Of a stretch of 63,869 nt of DNA, positions 15,865 through 27,022 are shown in pieces. The stretch is from a virus (lineage: Duplodnaviria; Caudoviricetes), in IMG/VR virus record IMGVR_UViG_3300033153_003795, positions 1 through 63,869 of that record. One strand, given 5' to 3'. The notes under the pieces were generated by a model, which made no database searches, was not told where the DNA came from, and saw only the letters and a list, made by a program, of their open reading frames with translations. Positions within the stretch are counted from its first letter, which is position 1; the number at the start of each line of letters is the position of its first letter. Both the position numbers and the translations under genes were made by a program.

Positions 15865-18467
15865 TGCCTAGACGTAGTACAGCCTTAAATAACTTTACCG
15901 GTACAGGAATTACTAGAGAGATTGATAGTAAATATGATGTAATTAAAGAAGTAAGTGGTTATTTAACAGATATAGAAACTGTCGCAAACGAAGATATTGA
16001 CGGTCTAATAGCCGAACTAGAAGCGGCACAAGATTTTTCTGGAATTACCGCAGTTTCTGGTAGTCCAGTAGATTGGGATGACGAGACTAAAGTACTCACA
16101 ATACCGCCAGGTGATAAAGGTGACACCGGAGATGCAGGATCTGATGGAGCAACAGGTACTCAAGGTTCACAAGGTATACAAGGTATACGAGGAACTACCG
16201 GAGCCCAAGGTACTCAAGGTTCACAAGGTGTAGAAGGTAAAGTTGGTGAGACAGGAGCGACAGGTACCACTGGTTCTACAGGTGATACTGGTGCAGATTT
16301 AACAGTTGAACAAGTTATTGATAATGGTGATTATACATTCACATTCGATTTTAGTGATGGCACCAACTATACAACACCTAGTCTAAGAGGTGGGACTGGA
16401 GCAACAGGCGATACTGGTGACCAAGGCGTACAAGGTATATCTGTACATCACATTAAAGGTACAAGTACAACTGACTTAGAAGGTGATTTTACTACGCCTG
16501 GCGAAGTAGACACCTACACGCTTTACGGTGATGCAGCGGAAACGATAAACTTAGGGCATTTTAATGTGTCTAACGGCTATGCTGATGATGACGGCGGATT
16601 CGTAGGTTTAATGTATAGAACTGTATATGATACAAATAGTAGTGGTACAGTAGATAACTCTGAAGCACTAGGCGGTAAAAGTCTTACAACTGTAGAGACA
16701 GAAAGAGATGCGGCAATACTAGTTGCTACCTTAGCACTAGGTACTAACTATTCAGTAGCCGACCACACTGAGAAAGATGCCTTAACTGACCTGATTATAG
16801 ACGATAAAATATTTATTACTGATGACGGTGATGGTAAATGGGCTCATTATATTGTAACTGTTGTTACTGATGGGTTAGGTTCTACATCTACTTATGAAGT
16901 TATAATGGATGAAGACACTTATTTAAATGCTAATACAGCCGCTAGTATCAAAACTACTTACGAAAGTAATGCCGATACGAACGCATTTACAGATACTGAA
17001 AAAACAGAACTAGCCGCTATTCCGGATGGTGCAGATATTGTAACTAATGTAGGCACATCTACAGCTAATGCATTATCTAAATTTGATGGTACTTCTGGTA
17101 AAATTGTACAAGATTCAAATGTAATACTTGATGATACAGGTAAGTTAACAGGTATTACAGCTATGGATGTTATTTTACTAGGAACAGACAATATTTTAAT
17201 AGATGGTGCAACAAACGCTAGAGCTATAACAGAAGGAGCGACTAGGTGGAATCATAGTCCCGCTATCCCTGGTACTAGAGCTATTCACTTAGAGGTAGAC
17301 GCTAATAACCAATCTGATACTATGGGTATAAATGTTAACTACATCGCTACAGGTTTAGATGTTGGAGATGTTGGTATGGGTATCGAGGTAAATATCGATA
17401 CTACTGCAGCTAATGGTGGGCATATAGAAGGCTATAGAGTTAATAGGGCCGGTAACGGAAGTACAGAAGTTCACGCTTTACACGCAGGTGCAAGTGTACA
17501 CCCTGTTCATCACGAGTCAGGTATAGAAGAAACCACAGAAATTGCTTTTAGTTATGATGATTCATTAACCTCATTTACTGATATAACAACTGCGGTAGGA
17601 ACTGGTGGTACTAATGTAACACTATTCGATGACGATAACGATGTACTCTACATAGGACATTCAACTACATTCAATATAATAAATTTACTGTTTAGTACTT
17701 TTGCAAGTCAAGACGTAACACCGGAATTCGGATTTTCAGATGGAGTTGGTGGTTTTACTAGTTTTGGTGCAAATGATAGTACAAGTGGTTGTACAGCTAA
17801 TGGTAATATGTCATGGAGAACTGATGATTTAGTAGGTTGGGCGCAAGATACTGTAAATGCAGTAGGCTCTAAATACTGGATTAAAATCACTAGAACTAGA
17901 AACAACATAGTAACTTCGCCTATAGAATCTACTATTAAGGTTGTGAGCGCTATAGTTTACGATTGGCATGAAGATGGTATGTTGAATGTAAAAGATATAA
18001 CACCCGCTGTTGCGCTAGATACTACAGCTACTACGTATTCAACAGCTATTAATGAACATAACACTAAACTAAGTGGGATTGAGGATAATGCTACAGCAGA
18101 TCAGAACGCTAGTGAAGTACCTTATACTAATACTACTAGTGGTATGACAGCTACTGATGTTCAAGGGGCAGTAGATGAAGTAGATACTCGTCTAGATACA
18201 CTTGAAGCTATTAACTACATAGATAGAGCAGATAAAATTTTAGCAGGATACAATATTGCTAATATGATATATACAACTGGATTTTTAACGAAAATAAGGT
18301 ATAATGCCGATACGGATACTGATTACGAAGTATTTGCGTATGACGGTAATGATGTACTAATAACTATACAGCATTATATAACAACAGCACTTGAAGGAAC
18401 AACGACATTATCATATGATGGTAATGAAGATCTAATTTCAGTGATTTATGTAGGATCAGGAGAATAA
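15864..18467 (+). CDS. Tail fibre/appendage with collagen-like repeats (N4 gp66 position)
   Basis: N-terminal REIDSKYD.IK.V anchor; G-X-Y repeats. Confidence 0.8.
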   Translation: MPRRSTALNNFTGTGITREIDSKYDVIKEVSGYLTDIETVANEDIDGLIAELEAAQDFSGITAVSGSPVDWDDETKVLTIPPGDKGDTGDAGSDGATGTQGSQGIQGIRGTTGAQGTQGSQGVEGKVGETGATGTTGSTGDTGADLTVEQVIDNGDYTFTFDFSDGTNYTTPSLRGGTGATGDTGDQGVQGISVHHIKGTSTTDLEGDFTTPGEVDTYTLYGDAAETINLGHFNVSNGYADDDGGFVGLMYRTVYDTNSSGTVDNSEALGGKSLTTVETERDAAILVATLALGTNYSVADHTEKDALTDLIIDDKIFITDDGDGKWAHYIVTVVTDGLGSTSTYEVIMDEDTYLNANTAASIKTTYESNADTNAFTDTEKTELAAIPDGADIVTNVGTSTANALSKFDGTSGKIVQDSNVILDDTGKLTGITAMDVILLGTDNILIDGATNARAITEGATRWNHSPAIPGTRAIHLEVDANNQSDTMGINVNYIATGLDVGDVGMGIEVNIDTTAANGGHIEGYRVNRAGNGSTEVHALHAGASVHPVHHESGIEETTEIAFSYDDSLTSFTDITTAVGTGGTNVTLFDDDNDVLYIGHSTTFNIINLLFSTFASQDVTPEFGFSDGVGGFTSFGANDSTSGCTANGNMSWRTDDLVGWAQDTVNAVGSKYWIKITRTRNNIVTSPIESTIKVVSAIVYDWHEDGMLNVKDITPAVALDTTATTYSTAINEHNTKLSGIEDNATADQNASEVPYTNTTSGMTATDVQGAVDEVDTRLDTLEAINYIDRADKILAGYNIANMIYTTGFLTKIRYNADTDTDYEVFAYDGNDVLITIQHYITTALEGTTTLSYDGNEDLISVIYVGSGE

Positions 18468-18468
18468 T

Positions 18469-18804
18469 ATGGATGCTGTAAGTTACTCATATGCAGATGC
18501 ACAGAAGAAAAAAATTGATAAGTTTGTAGCAGAGCCTACTAATGACTATGGAGTAGTTACTACCCCTAGTTTAATACCGACGGGTGAATCTGTCAGTATT
18601 CCAGCAGGAAGACAAGCAGTGGTAAGTAATCTTACAGTTGAGGGTACATTAACAGTTGATGGAGAACTAGGGATAATAGGCGGAGGAAGTGTAAGTAACG
18701 TACAAATAATTACAAACGAAATAATTATGGATGACACAACAGACGGTAAAACGTATTCAGTAAAAATGACAAATGGTGCTTTTGTTATACAAGAAGTAGT
18801 ATAA
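18469..18804 (+). CDS. Tail-associated protein
   Basis: 111 aa, beta-rich; AGGAG RBS. Confidence 0.6.
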   Translation: MDAVSYSYADAQKKKIDKFVAEPTNDYGVVTTPSLIPTGESVSIPAGRQAVVSNLTVEGTLTVDGELGIIGGGSVSNVQIITNEIIMDDTTDGKTYSVKMTNGAFVIQEVV

Positions 18805-18833
18805 ACTTTAATACTAAACCACAAGGATAGATA

Positions 18834-21035
18834 ATGGCAGGAAAATTAACACTAGTAGACGGTAATGGCTATGGAGCATCGTTAAAAACAACAGACGGTT
18901 CTGCGGATAGAGATATCACTATTCCTGATGCTTTATACAGTCAAACAGAAGTAGATAACCTAGTTGACAATGCTGGTAGTATAGAGGCCGGTGTCTTAAG
19001 AAACGGACCAATTCATGATGGTGTACTAGCACTAGATACTGTAAGTGAAGTAGGTTCTAAGCCGGTTCTTTATACAGGTAATGGTACAAGTCAAGATGTT
19101 ACAACTCCTATGGATATAGCAAACCATAATGGACAAACAGGTCTTGCTACAATAGCTGCAGACTGGGCTTACTCAGCAGCAGATGACTATGATGATTGGA
19201 ATGGTACAGGCACAACTAAAGCTTCATTTGCTATTGATAATAGTGCAACAGGTGATGCTAGAGTATATGAGAATATAACTGGTGTAAATACAACATCTTC
19301 TCCTGTAATTGATACTACTAACTGGGTTCTAGCTGAAGAACAGTTAGGCGGAAGATTTCACTTTAAAAATAGAGATGCTACTGATGACCATAAAGTATTT
19401 GATAGTATTAGAAGAGAGCTTAAAAATATTGAAACTAATACAACAGCAATTGAAGCAAGTCTAGCGAATAGCTTAACAGCTATAAATGTTGCTAGTCTAT
19501 CTGTTGGTTCTGATGTAACTGTTAATACAAACGCAGAAGATTATGTAGTTTGGGTAGACCAAACAACTAGAAAGACAGCTGGTTATAGAACTGATGCTGG
19601 TGTAATTCAAAACAGTAAGAACAATACAGCTACAGATTTACTTGAAGTAGATAGTGTTGGTGGATTTGTTATAGAGCATTACAACCCTACAACTGGTTTT
19701 GGTATAGTAATGGATGTTGGTGATGGTGTAGCTGGTAGAGATATACCTATAAGCTGTCAGAAGAAACCTTTCTTCTTTGTTAAGAAAAAGCTAACCACAA
19801 CACCAGAGAATTGGAATACCTATGATAAAGTAAACACAGCTACTAAGTATATGCTACTTAATACAACTGTTATTGCAACTGCAGCTACTACCCTATGGAA
19901 CGATACAGAACCGACAGAAGATAAATTCACAGTAGGAACTTCAAATGGTGTAAATACTTCTGGTGAACAGTTCATAACTTACTACCAATGTGAAACAGAT
20001 AACCATAAGTTTAAAGCTTATACTGGTACAGGTGCAGTAGGTAATGAGGTTGATTTAGGTCTTGATATGACTGAAGCTGGTAGTTGGTGTAGGATTAAGT
20101 CTTATGTTGGAGGAATTGGTAATTGGACTATTGTAGATAATATTCGTGGTGATGCTGTTTCTTTATTAGCAGATTCTTCATCCGCAGAAGGGGCTGTTAC
20201 GGCCTTCGATTTTACAGCAACAGGTATTACAGTAAACGCTACAGGAATTAGTCAAAATGCCTCAGGTTATTTATACATCATAGAAGCATACTCACCAACA
20301 TACAATAAACCTACAGGTGGTAATTTAATAGGTGTAAATACTGATAAAGATATTACATATACTAAAGGTGTAGGTATTACAAATGCTTTAGAGACTACAT
20401 CAGCACATACAGTAGACTGTTCAGCATTGGCTGGAGAAACTGCATATATAGTTAGAGAGAATGGTGTAGGCACAACAGCAGAATTGACTACTATACCGGC
20501 CTACACAGAAAGACCTTCTGGGTATACAGATGTGTATCTAAACACTACAGACAACAAAGTATACAATGGCTCAGATGTAGCTAAAGAACTTGTTGTGCTT
20601 GGAGAATGTAAAGTAGATGGTCAAGGTCTTGTATTTGATTTAGTTGAGTACAGACCAAACATATCTTACTTTGATGAAGTAGTTGCTACTGGTGATGTTA
20701 AGACATTAGGTAAGTTTGTGGGCGAAAATGCTTGTACTGCTTTTGTTAATTTTGACGCTACTACTACCCCTGTTACTGTACATAGTAGTTTTAATGTGAG
20801 TGATGTTATAAAAACAGCTGCAGGATATTTTGAGATATTCTTTGAGGATGATATGGATAGTATAGCTTATACTCCAACTGTTACTCACGGTGATATTAAT
20901 GCTAGTGCTAATGGTATTCAATATAACAGGTCAGCATTTAAGAAAAGCAAATTCTCGGTTAGGACAACAATATACTCGACAGGTTCAGTTAATCCTACAA
21001 GTGTTACAGTAGATATTAAAGGGGGTAAAAACTAA
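18834..21035 (+). CDS. Tail fibre/receptor-binding protein
   Basis: Repeated YTGNG/YTGTG domains; C-terminal AFVNFD..SFNVS.V..G.F.I.F tip. Confidence 0.75.
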   Translation: MAGKLTLVDGNGYGASLKTTDGSADRDITIPDALYSQTEVDNLVDNAGSIEAGVLRNGPIHDGVLALDTVSEVGSKPVLYTGNGTSQDVTTPMDIANHNGQTGLATIAADWAYSAADDYDDWNGTGTTKASFAIDNSATGDARVYENITGVNTTSSPVIDTTNWVLAEEQLGGRFHFKNRDATDDHKVFDSIRRELKNIETNTTAIEASLANSLTAINVASLSVGSDVTVNTNAEDYVVWVDQTTRKTAGYRTDAGVIQNSKNNTATDLLEVDSVGGFVIEHYNPTTGFGIVMDVGDGVAGRDIPISCQKKPFFFVKKKLTTTPENWNTYDKVNTATKYMLLNTTVIATAATTLWNDTEPTEDKFTVGTSNGVNTSGEQFITYYQCETDNHKFKAYTGTGAVGNEVDLGLDMTEAGSWCRIKSYVGGIGNWTIVDNIRGDAVSLLADSSSAEGAVTAFDFTATGITVNATGISQNASGYLYIIEAYSPTYNKPTGGNLIGVNTDKDITYTKGVGITNALETTSAHTVDCSALAGETAYIVRENGVGTTAELTTIPAYTERPSGYTDVYLNTTDNKVYNGSDVAKELVVLGECKVDGQGLVFDLVEYRPNISYFDEVVATGDVKTLGKFVGENACTAFVNFDATTTPVTVHSSFNVSDVIKTAAGYFEIFFEDDMDSIAYTPTVTHGDINASANGIQYNRSAFKKSKFSVRTTIYSTGSVNPTSVTVDIKGGKN

Positions 21036-21382
21036 TGTTAGGATATGGTAAATTAAATATAGATGGTACTCTACAGAGTGCCAACAAACCACACGAAGGT
21101 TTTGTTCCACTAGAGAACTTTGAAAAAGATATAGATGGTAATTACTATAATAAGTATAACCAAAATGGTACTCCTGACTTAGTAGCTATTCAAGCAGATA
21201 AAGACGCTGAGATAGCACAAACAAATCTTGAAGCCTTAGAAGCTACTGATAAAGATATGATTAGAGTAGCAGAGGATATATTGAACTTACTTGTAACTAA
21301 AGGTCTAATGACTGAATCAGAACTTCCACAGTCGGCTCAAGACAAACTAGTTAATAGAAGAAATGCAAGGAGTGCCTTATGA
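21035..21382 (+). CDS. Tail fibre assembly-like protein
   Basis: L..TD..M.R..ED...R..AR C-terminal pattern. Confidence 0.55.
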   Translation: MLGYGKLNIDGTLQSANKPHEGFVPLENFEKDIDGNYYNKYNQNGTPDLVAIQADKDAEIAQTNLEALEATDKDMIRVAEDILNLLVTKGLMTESELPQSAQDKLVNRRNARSAL

Positions 21383-22173
21383 GTACAGTAATAACAGGTG
21401 CCGATTTAATAACGCCACAACTCAAACTTAAAAAAGGTATAGATATAGCAAGTGCGACAGAACTACCTATTGGTACAGACGGTAATTCTTTTGATGTAAC
21501 AGGAACAACCACAATAACTTCAATAGCAACAACAGGTAATGTAGGAACTTCAATTAGATTGCATTTTGATGGTATACTTACTTTAACTCATCACGCAACA
21601 GATTTGATATTACCAACAGGTGCAAATGTTGCAACAGCAGTAGGAGATATTGTAGAGTTTGAAGAGTATGCTTCAGGTGACTTTAGATGTACTTCTTACA
21701 CTAGAGCAAACGGACAACCACTAGCAGGAGCAGCAGGAGGATTACTTGCAGCTAATAACCTTAGTGATGTTTCAAATATTTCTACCTCAAGAGATAATTT
21801 AGGTGTAACCATAGGAACTGATGTTCAAGCTTATGATGTTGATACAGCAAAAACTGATGTTATTCAAACATTTTCTGTATCTCAAAGAGGAACAGTTACA
21901 ACAGATAATGATCTATCTTTTAATTTAGGTGCTACAAATAACTTTAAATGTACTCCAACAGGTGCAGGAACAATGACTTTTACAGGTCTTGCAGATGGGC
22001 AAGGTGGAAGTATAAGGTTTGAAAACACCTCTGATTACGCCATTACTAAAAATGCCTTAGTGCTAGCAAGCAGTACATTCCTTGATACTATATCTGCAAC
22101 AGGGGAGTATATACTGGCATATGAGTGCGACGGTACAAATGTATTTATTACATGCTCTCAAGGACTTACATAA
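21379..22173 (+). CDS. Tail fibre protein
   Basis: DIASA..L..G..F.VTGTTTIT; NNLSDV; SQRG...F.L...NNF. Confidence 0.7.
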   Translation: MSTVITGADLITPQLKLKKGIDIASATELPIGTDGNSFDVTGTTTITSIATTGNVGTSIRLHFDGILTLTHHATDLILPTGANVATAVGDIVEFEEYASGDFRCTSYTRANGQPLAGAAGGLLAANNLSDVSNISTSRDNLGVTIGTDVQAYDVDTAKTDVIQTFSVSQRGTVTTDNDLSFNLGATNNFKCTPTGAGTMTFTGLADGQGGSIRFENTSDYAITKNALVLASSTFLDTISATGEYILAYECDGTNVFITCSQGLT

Positions 22174-22946
22174 TGAATAACACCAAAAAGAATACTCATT
22201 ATGTTTATTTGATACAAGTTTTAAATACTGTAAATAAAACACAATGGTATATTGGATGCAGAAGTTGTAAAAGTATTGATACAGATACCAACTATATCGG
22301 TTCATCGAAGCATCTCAAAAAATTCGTAAAAAATAATAATCCTAAGACAAGAAAGAAAATCTTATCTGTATGGAAAACTAGAAAAGAGGCAATTACGGAA
22401 GAAATAAGACTACACAATCTTCATGATGTCGCAAAGAATGGCAAGTACTTTAATAAAGCCAAACAAACAAGTACTGGCTTTGACACAACTGGTTGCGGGT
22501 ACCGACCAAGTGCTGAACACATAGAAATATTAAAGAATTCACAAAAAGGTAAAATAAAATCTAAAGAGTCGATTGCAAAAATGAGAAAAGCTTTAATAGG
22601 AAGAAAACTATCAGAACAACATAAAATAAATATTAGTAAAGGTGGTAAAGGTAGAGTTTTTTCCGAAAACCACAAACAAAAAATATCAGAGTCAACTATA
22701 GGAAAACGAGTATCAGAAAAAACAAAGAAAAAACTTAGTGAGGCCGCTATAGAAAGGTATATAAAAAGTAACCACCCATGCAATAAACCAGTTGTTAATT
22801 TAGATAATGGTATGCTTTTTGAAAGTGCTTCTATTGCTTCAAAATGGGCTAATGCCCAAGGCGTTAAACATGTATGTAGAGGAGTCAGAAAAACCGCAGG
22901 CGGTTATAGATGGGCTTATGTAGATAGCGTAAAGGAGGTTGCTTAA
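22173..22946 (+). CDS. GIY-YIG homing endonuclease with NUMOD3 repeats
   Basis: HYVY..WYIG.R..Y.GSS; SE.HK.KIS repeats; TAGGY.W; start at 22173 by TAATG coupling. Confidence 0.85.
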   Translation: MNNTKKNTHYVYLIQVLNTVNKTQWYIGCRSCKSIDTDTNYIGSSKHLKKFVKNNNPKTRKKILSVWKTRKEAITEEIRLHNLHDVAKNGKYFNKAKQTSTGFDTTGCGYRPSAEHIEILKNSQKGKIKSKESIAKMRKALIGRKLSEQHKINISKGGKGRVFSENHKQKISESTIGKRVSEKTKKKLSEAAIERYIKSNHPCNKPVVNLDNGMLFESASIASKWANAQGVKHVCRGVRKTAGGYRWAYVDSVKEVA

Positions 22947-24847
22947 TGGATAGTGTAATTAAAGGGAAGGTTATCCCTGCAAGTGCAAGCGGTTGTCAAA
23001 CAATTCCACAAGATTCACTCATAGCTTCATACTTGCTTCAAGGTACAGCAGAAGATGAAACAGGTACTTATGATGGTACAGAAACTGGTTCAGTAACTTA
23101 TGAGTATGATGACGATAGAGGTATTGGGCTTAGACTAAACGCAGATAGTGAGTGGATAACTATTTCAGGCGAAATTCTTGACCTTGATGGAGATTTTACA
23201 ATATCTGCTTGGATTAACCCAAGTGCAATAGGTTTAACTAGTGCAATATACTGTCAAAGAGATTCAAACAATGAAGGAATTGGTTTTTTTGTTAATCAGA
23301 CAACTAATAAAGTAGGAATAGTAATAGAAAATACAGCTACAACACAACTCTATGCTTATTCCGATACTGCTGTTACTGTTGGTATTTGGTATCATTGCGT
23401 AGCTAGAAAAACAGGGACATCTGTTATGGTTACGCTAGACAAGGTCAATGGAACACCAACGACAGTCAGTGGAACATTTGGAGACACTTCAGTAGATAGT
23501 TATCTTGGAAGATACCAAAATACTATAAACACTAGTGCAAGACATCTTTCATCATGTTACCATTTTTACAGCAGGGCAATTACAGACCAAGAAATAACAG
23601 ACATCTACGACCTTGAAAAATACCAACACAACAATGCTTTAGACCATGGTTTAATAGCTTACTATCCTCTTGATGGCAACTCACTTGATAATGCTATTAA
23701 TCAAGAAGATGGTACAGATGCGAATATGACTTATCCTACAGATAGCGATTTAGGAGTTGTTGCGGCTTTTAATGGCACATCAAGTTATATACAGCATGGA
23801 GTTGCTTCAACAACTGATTTTTCTTTTTCTGTGTGGTTAAACTTTAATGATATAAGTGGAAACCAAATGGTTATAGATTTTGGTGATGGAAGGGCATTGG
23901 GTATACTGTATGGTACAGCAGGAGAAAAGCTCGTTTGGCAGTATGCTTCTGTTAGTGCTAACCATATTATCCAAAATACCGCAATATCGTATGATACTTG
24001 GTATCATGTTGTAGGTATAAGAGAGAGTAGTTCAGTCAAACTGTATATAGATAATGTTTTGCAGACTGGTGGAACTGTTGCTGATAATTTAACTTCAGAG
24101 GTTGCAAGATTTGGTTCAAGAAATGGGGCATTGTTTTTTAATGGATTACTGTCAAACCCTAGATTTTATAATAGGCTTTTATCTGAAAAAGAAATTGATT
24201 GGATATACGACTATGAAAAACCAGATTCTACAGAGTGTAAATATAACTCAACTATAAATAATCCAGACCCGTTTGAAGATGGTAGTGGAATAGCTCTTTA
24301 TAAGTTAGATGGAAATGCAAATGATACAACAGGTGATTATGACGGTACTCCAACAAGTGTTACTTATGAAGATGGAGTATTTGGGCAAGCAGGTGTATTT
24401 AATAGTACAACTTCACGAATAGTAACTTCAATACCTGCTCAAACGGATTTTTCTATATCTTTTTTCCTGACAATAGACACTATAGAACTTATGATATTTT
24501 GGGGTAATAAGACAGATGACCAATTTAATATGCAGCTGAATAGTTCAACGCTTGTTAAGTCTTATATTAGTGGAACAGCATATAGTTTTACTCCTAGCCC
24601 TACTTTAGCTGTAGATACGGTATACCATATGGTTCTTACGAGAAGTGGCTCTGACCTCAAAATTTATCAAGATGGAACATTACTTGGCACACAAACAGTA
24701 GGTACAGGTTCAATAGCACCAGATACAATTGGGGGTGACTCTTCAAGTTTATATGCTACTAAAGGTTCTTTAGGTCAATGTAGAGTATTTGATAAAGCAA
24801 TATCAACAGATGAAATAGCGATACTAGCAAACGAAAGGAAAGTATAA
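22946..24847 (+). CDS. Protein with three LamG/ConA-like domains
   Basis: Three copies of the pattern Y.LDG.A.D..FS.S.W..WYH.V..R..RAL. Confidence 0.85.
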   Translation: MDSVIKGKVIPASASGCQTIPQDSLIASYLLQGTAEDETGTYDGTETGSVTYEYDDDRGIGLRLNADSEWITISGEILDLDGDFTISAWINPSAIGLTSAIYCQRDSNNEGIGFFVNQTTNKVGIVIENTATTQLYAYSDTAVTVGIWYHCVARKTGTSVMVTLDKVNGTPTTVSGTFGDTSVDSYLGRYQNTINTSARHLSSCYHFYSRAITDQEITDIYDLEKYQHNNALDHGLIAYYPLDGNSLDNAINQEDGTDANMTYPTDSDLGVVAAFNGTSSYIQHGVASTTDFSFSVWLNFNDISGNQMVIDFGDGRALGILYGTAGEKLVWQYASVSANHIIQNTAISYDTWYHVVGIRESSSVKLYIDNVLQTGGTVADNLTSEVARFGSRNGALFFNGLLSNPRFYNRLLSEKEIDWIYDYEKPDSTECKYNSTINNPDPFEDGSGIALYKLDGNANDTTGDYDGTPTSVTYEDGVFGQAGVFNSTTSRIVTSIPAQTDFSISFFLTIDTIELMIFWGNKTDDQFNMQLNSSTLVKSYISGTAYSFTPSPTLAVDTVYHMVLTRSGSDLKIYQDGTLLGTQTVGTGSIAPDTIGGDSSSLYATKGSLGQCRVFDKAISTDEIAILANERKV

Positions 24848-25524
24848 TGTACTTAAATAAAAACACAACGCCAACTAGCATAATTAAGAAAGCTAAACCA
24901 ATGAGTTTACCAAATAAAGATGTAGGTAAATCTTGGTTTTTACAGTCTAGTGAAGCGGAGCGAAACGCAAATGGCATCTTTACTATTACAGAGGATTTAA
25001 TTCCGAGTAGAAGATATTACACTTGTGAAAGTGTATTAAATGAAGATACAGCACATATCACCAGAACACCGGTTAATAGAGATGTAGCAGATGTTCAAGC
25101 ATTGATGTACAAAGATTTAGAGGCTACTGCAAATACCCAATTCAATGATGCTACAGAAGGTTATACTCCAGCTGAGATGAGTTCATGGAATGAGTTAGAA
25201 GCCGAAGCAATAGCACATCAAACTACCGCGTTAACATCAGGAATGTTATATGATGAAGCAGTTTTTGCTGGAATTACTGTTGGTGAACTAGCAACAAAAG
25301 TATTAGCGAATGCTGCAGTTTTGAAACAGTATAAATCGTATATCTCGGGTACTAGGAAAAAAGTGGCATTAGAGATAGTAGCACTTACTGATGTTAATGA
25401 ATGTATACTTTATGAACGTACTCCTTATGACTACACGTTAACAGAAGAAGATGTAATCGATGGTAATGGTACAGTTGGTGACATAGTTGTTAGACATAAA
25501 AACAACGTATCAGACTGGAGCTAG
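24847..25524 (+). CDS. Tail fibre assembly-like protein
   Basis: Y...E..SW...EAEA...L..KVL.NA motif. Confidence 0.55.
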   Translation: MYLNKNTTPTSIIKKAKPMSLPNKDVGKSWFLQSSEAERNANGIFTITEDLIPSRRYYTCESVLNEDTAHITRTPVNRDVADVQALMYKDLEATANTQFNDATEGYTPAEMSSWNELEAEAIAHQTTALTSGMLYDEAVFAGITVGELATKVLANAAVLKQYKSYISGTRKKVALEIVALTDVNECILYERTPYDYTLTEEDVIDGNGTVGDIVVRHKNNVSDWS

Positions 25525-25526
25525 TA

Positions 25527-25751
25527 ATGAGAGATCATTGTACTTTATGGTTTGAAGGTACATGGTCTATGTGTTGTGCTAGGCACGACAAAAGATACGC
25601 TAATAAAAGACTAACGAAATACCAAGCAGATAAACTTTTGTTTAGATGTGTAAAGCGTAAATCGAATATAATTATGGCGAGCTTAATGTTTTTAGGTGTT
25701 ACAGTGCTTGGGCATTATAACTACTATAAAGCGCAAAAGGAAATAACATGA
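25527..25751 (+). CDS. Small phospholipase A2-like protein with C-terminal TM
   Basis: D.CT....W..CC..HD..Y...AD..L..C. Confidence 0.55.
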   Translation: MRDHCTLWFEGTWSMCCARHDKRYANKRLTKYQADKLLFRCVKRKSNIIMASLMFLGVTVLGHYNYYKAQKEIT

Positions 25752-26302
25752 AGTGGGAAGATATAAGTAGCACAATAGGTAAAGTAGCTCCAATGTTGGG
25801 GACGCTTTTAGCGCCGGCAACAGGTGGAGCAAGTCTAGCAATAGGTGCTTTAGTTTCTAGTGCTTTAGGCGTAGATAATACTCCGGAAGCAGTGGAAGCA
25901 GAAATTAAAAGAAATCCAGAGGCGTTGCTTAAAATTAAAGAGCTAGAACAAAAAGAAAATGAAAGTCTTAGGAAACAAGTACTAAACTTAGCTAAACTAG
26001 ACCAGGAAAAATACCTTAAAGCTCACGATACTTACCAGGCTGAACATGAAATGGCTGATACTATAGCTAAAAGAATTATAGAAAAAAATCTTCCTTATAT
26101 CGCTATTTTAGTTATGTTAAATCTTGTTCTTATATACTATATGAAAACAGAAGTCGCTTTATTAGCTATTGCTTCTAATATTATCGGTATTACTATAGGT
26201 AACCTGTTTGCTGAAAGACAAGCTATTGTAAATTTCTTTTTTGGGTCAAGTTCATCTAGTAAAGAAAAGACCAAAATGTTGACAAAACAGTTAAAAACAT
26301 AG
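25748..26302 (+). CDS. Holin-like membrane protein (3TM holin type)
   Basis: AP.LGT.L N-terminus, two TM helices, FFFGSS motif. Confidence 0.65.
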   Translation: MKWEDISSTIGKVAPMLGTLLAPATGGASLAIGALVSSALGVDNTPEAVEAEIKRNPEALLKIKELEQKENESLRKQVLNLAKLDQEKYLKAHDTYQAEHEMADTIAKRIIEKNLPYIAILVMLNLVLIYYMKTEVALLAIASNIIGITIGNLFAERQAIVNFFFGSSSSSKEKTKMLTKQLKT

Positions 26303-26332
26303 TATAATAGTACTTTAATAAATGGAGATACA

Positions 26333-27022
26333 ATGGGCAGAAAATTAATAGGTCTTAAAGCTGAGTACGAAGGTACTAAAGTAGTAACTGATTTAGGTAT
26401 GTGTAAAGGAAGAAGACGTGCAGTATTTGCGTGTAAAATCTGCGATAAAGAGTTTAACTCTAGGGTAGACGCTGTACAAAACGGTAGTACACTATCTTGT
26501 GGATGTTATAATAAAAGTAGGGAAAGAGGAACGCATAAGGCGTCAAATACTGACTTATACCACGTATGGGAAGCTATGAAACAGAGGTGTCTTAATGAAA
26601 AGCACCCAAGTTACAAATACTACGGCGGCAAAGGTGTGACTATAGTTACAGAATGGTACAAATTTGAACCGTTTCAAAAATGGGCTTTAGAAAATGGGTA
26701 CAGAAAAGGGCTTGAATTAGATAAAGACATAGCTAAGAACATGGAGTATTCACCGAATAGTTGTAAGTTTATACCGAAGATCGAAAACATGCAATCAAAA
26801 AACCAAAAGGCATGTGCAGCAAAATATGGATATAGTCATGTATACTATAGCAAACTTAGGGGTAAGTATTTTGGCAGTAAGGTTATATATGGGAGTAAAT
26901 ACAGAACACCTTTGTGTAGCACACCAAAAGAAGCTAGTACTAAACTGCAGCTAATGGTAGTTACTAGTTCAAGTTCATTAGGTTCTAAACAAAAACAAAA
27001 ACAAATCAATAAGGATAGTTAG
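26333..27022 (+). CDS. HNH-related homing endonuclease
   Basis: SCGC; LY.VW.AMKQRC.N...Y..YGG.G..I..EW..F..F..WA..NGY..GL.LDKD...YSP..C.F. Confidence 0.8.
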   Translation: MGRKLIGLKAEYEGTKVVTDLGMCKGRRRAVFACKICDKEFNSRVDAVQNGSTLSCGCYNKSRERGTHKASNTDLYHVWEAMKQRCLNEKHPSYKYYGGKGVTIVTEWYKFEPFQKWALENGYRKGLELDKDIAKNMEYSPNSCKFIPKIENMQSKNQKACAAKYGYSHVYYSKLRGKYFGSKVIYGSKYRTPLCSTPKEASTKLQLMVVTSSSSLGSKQKQKQINKDS

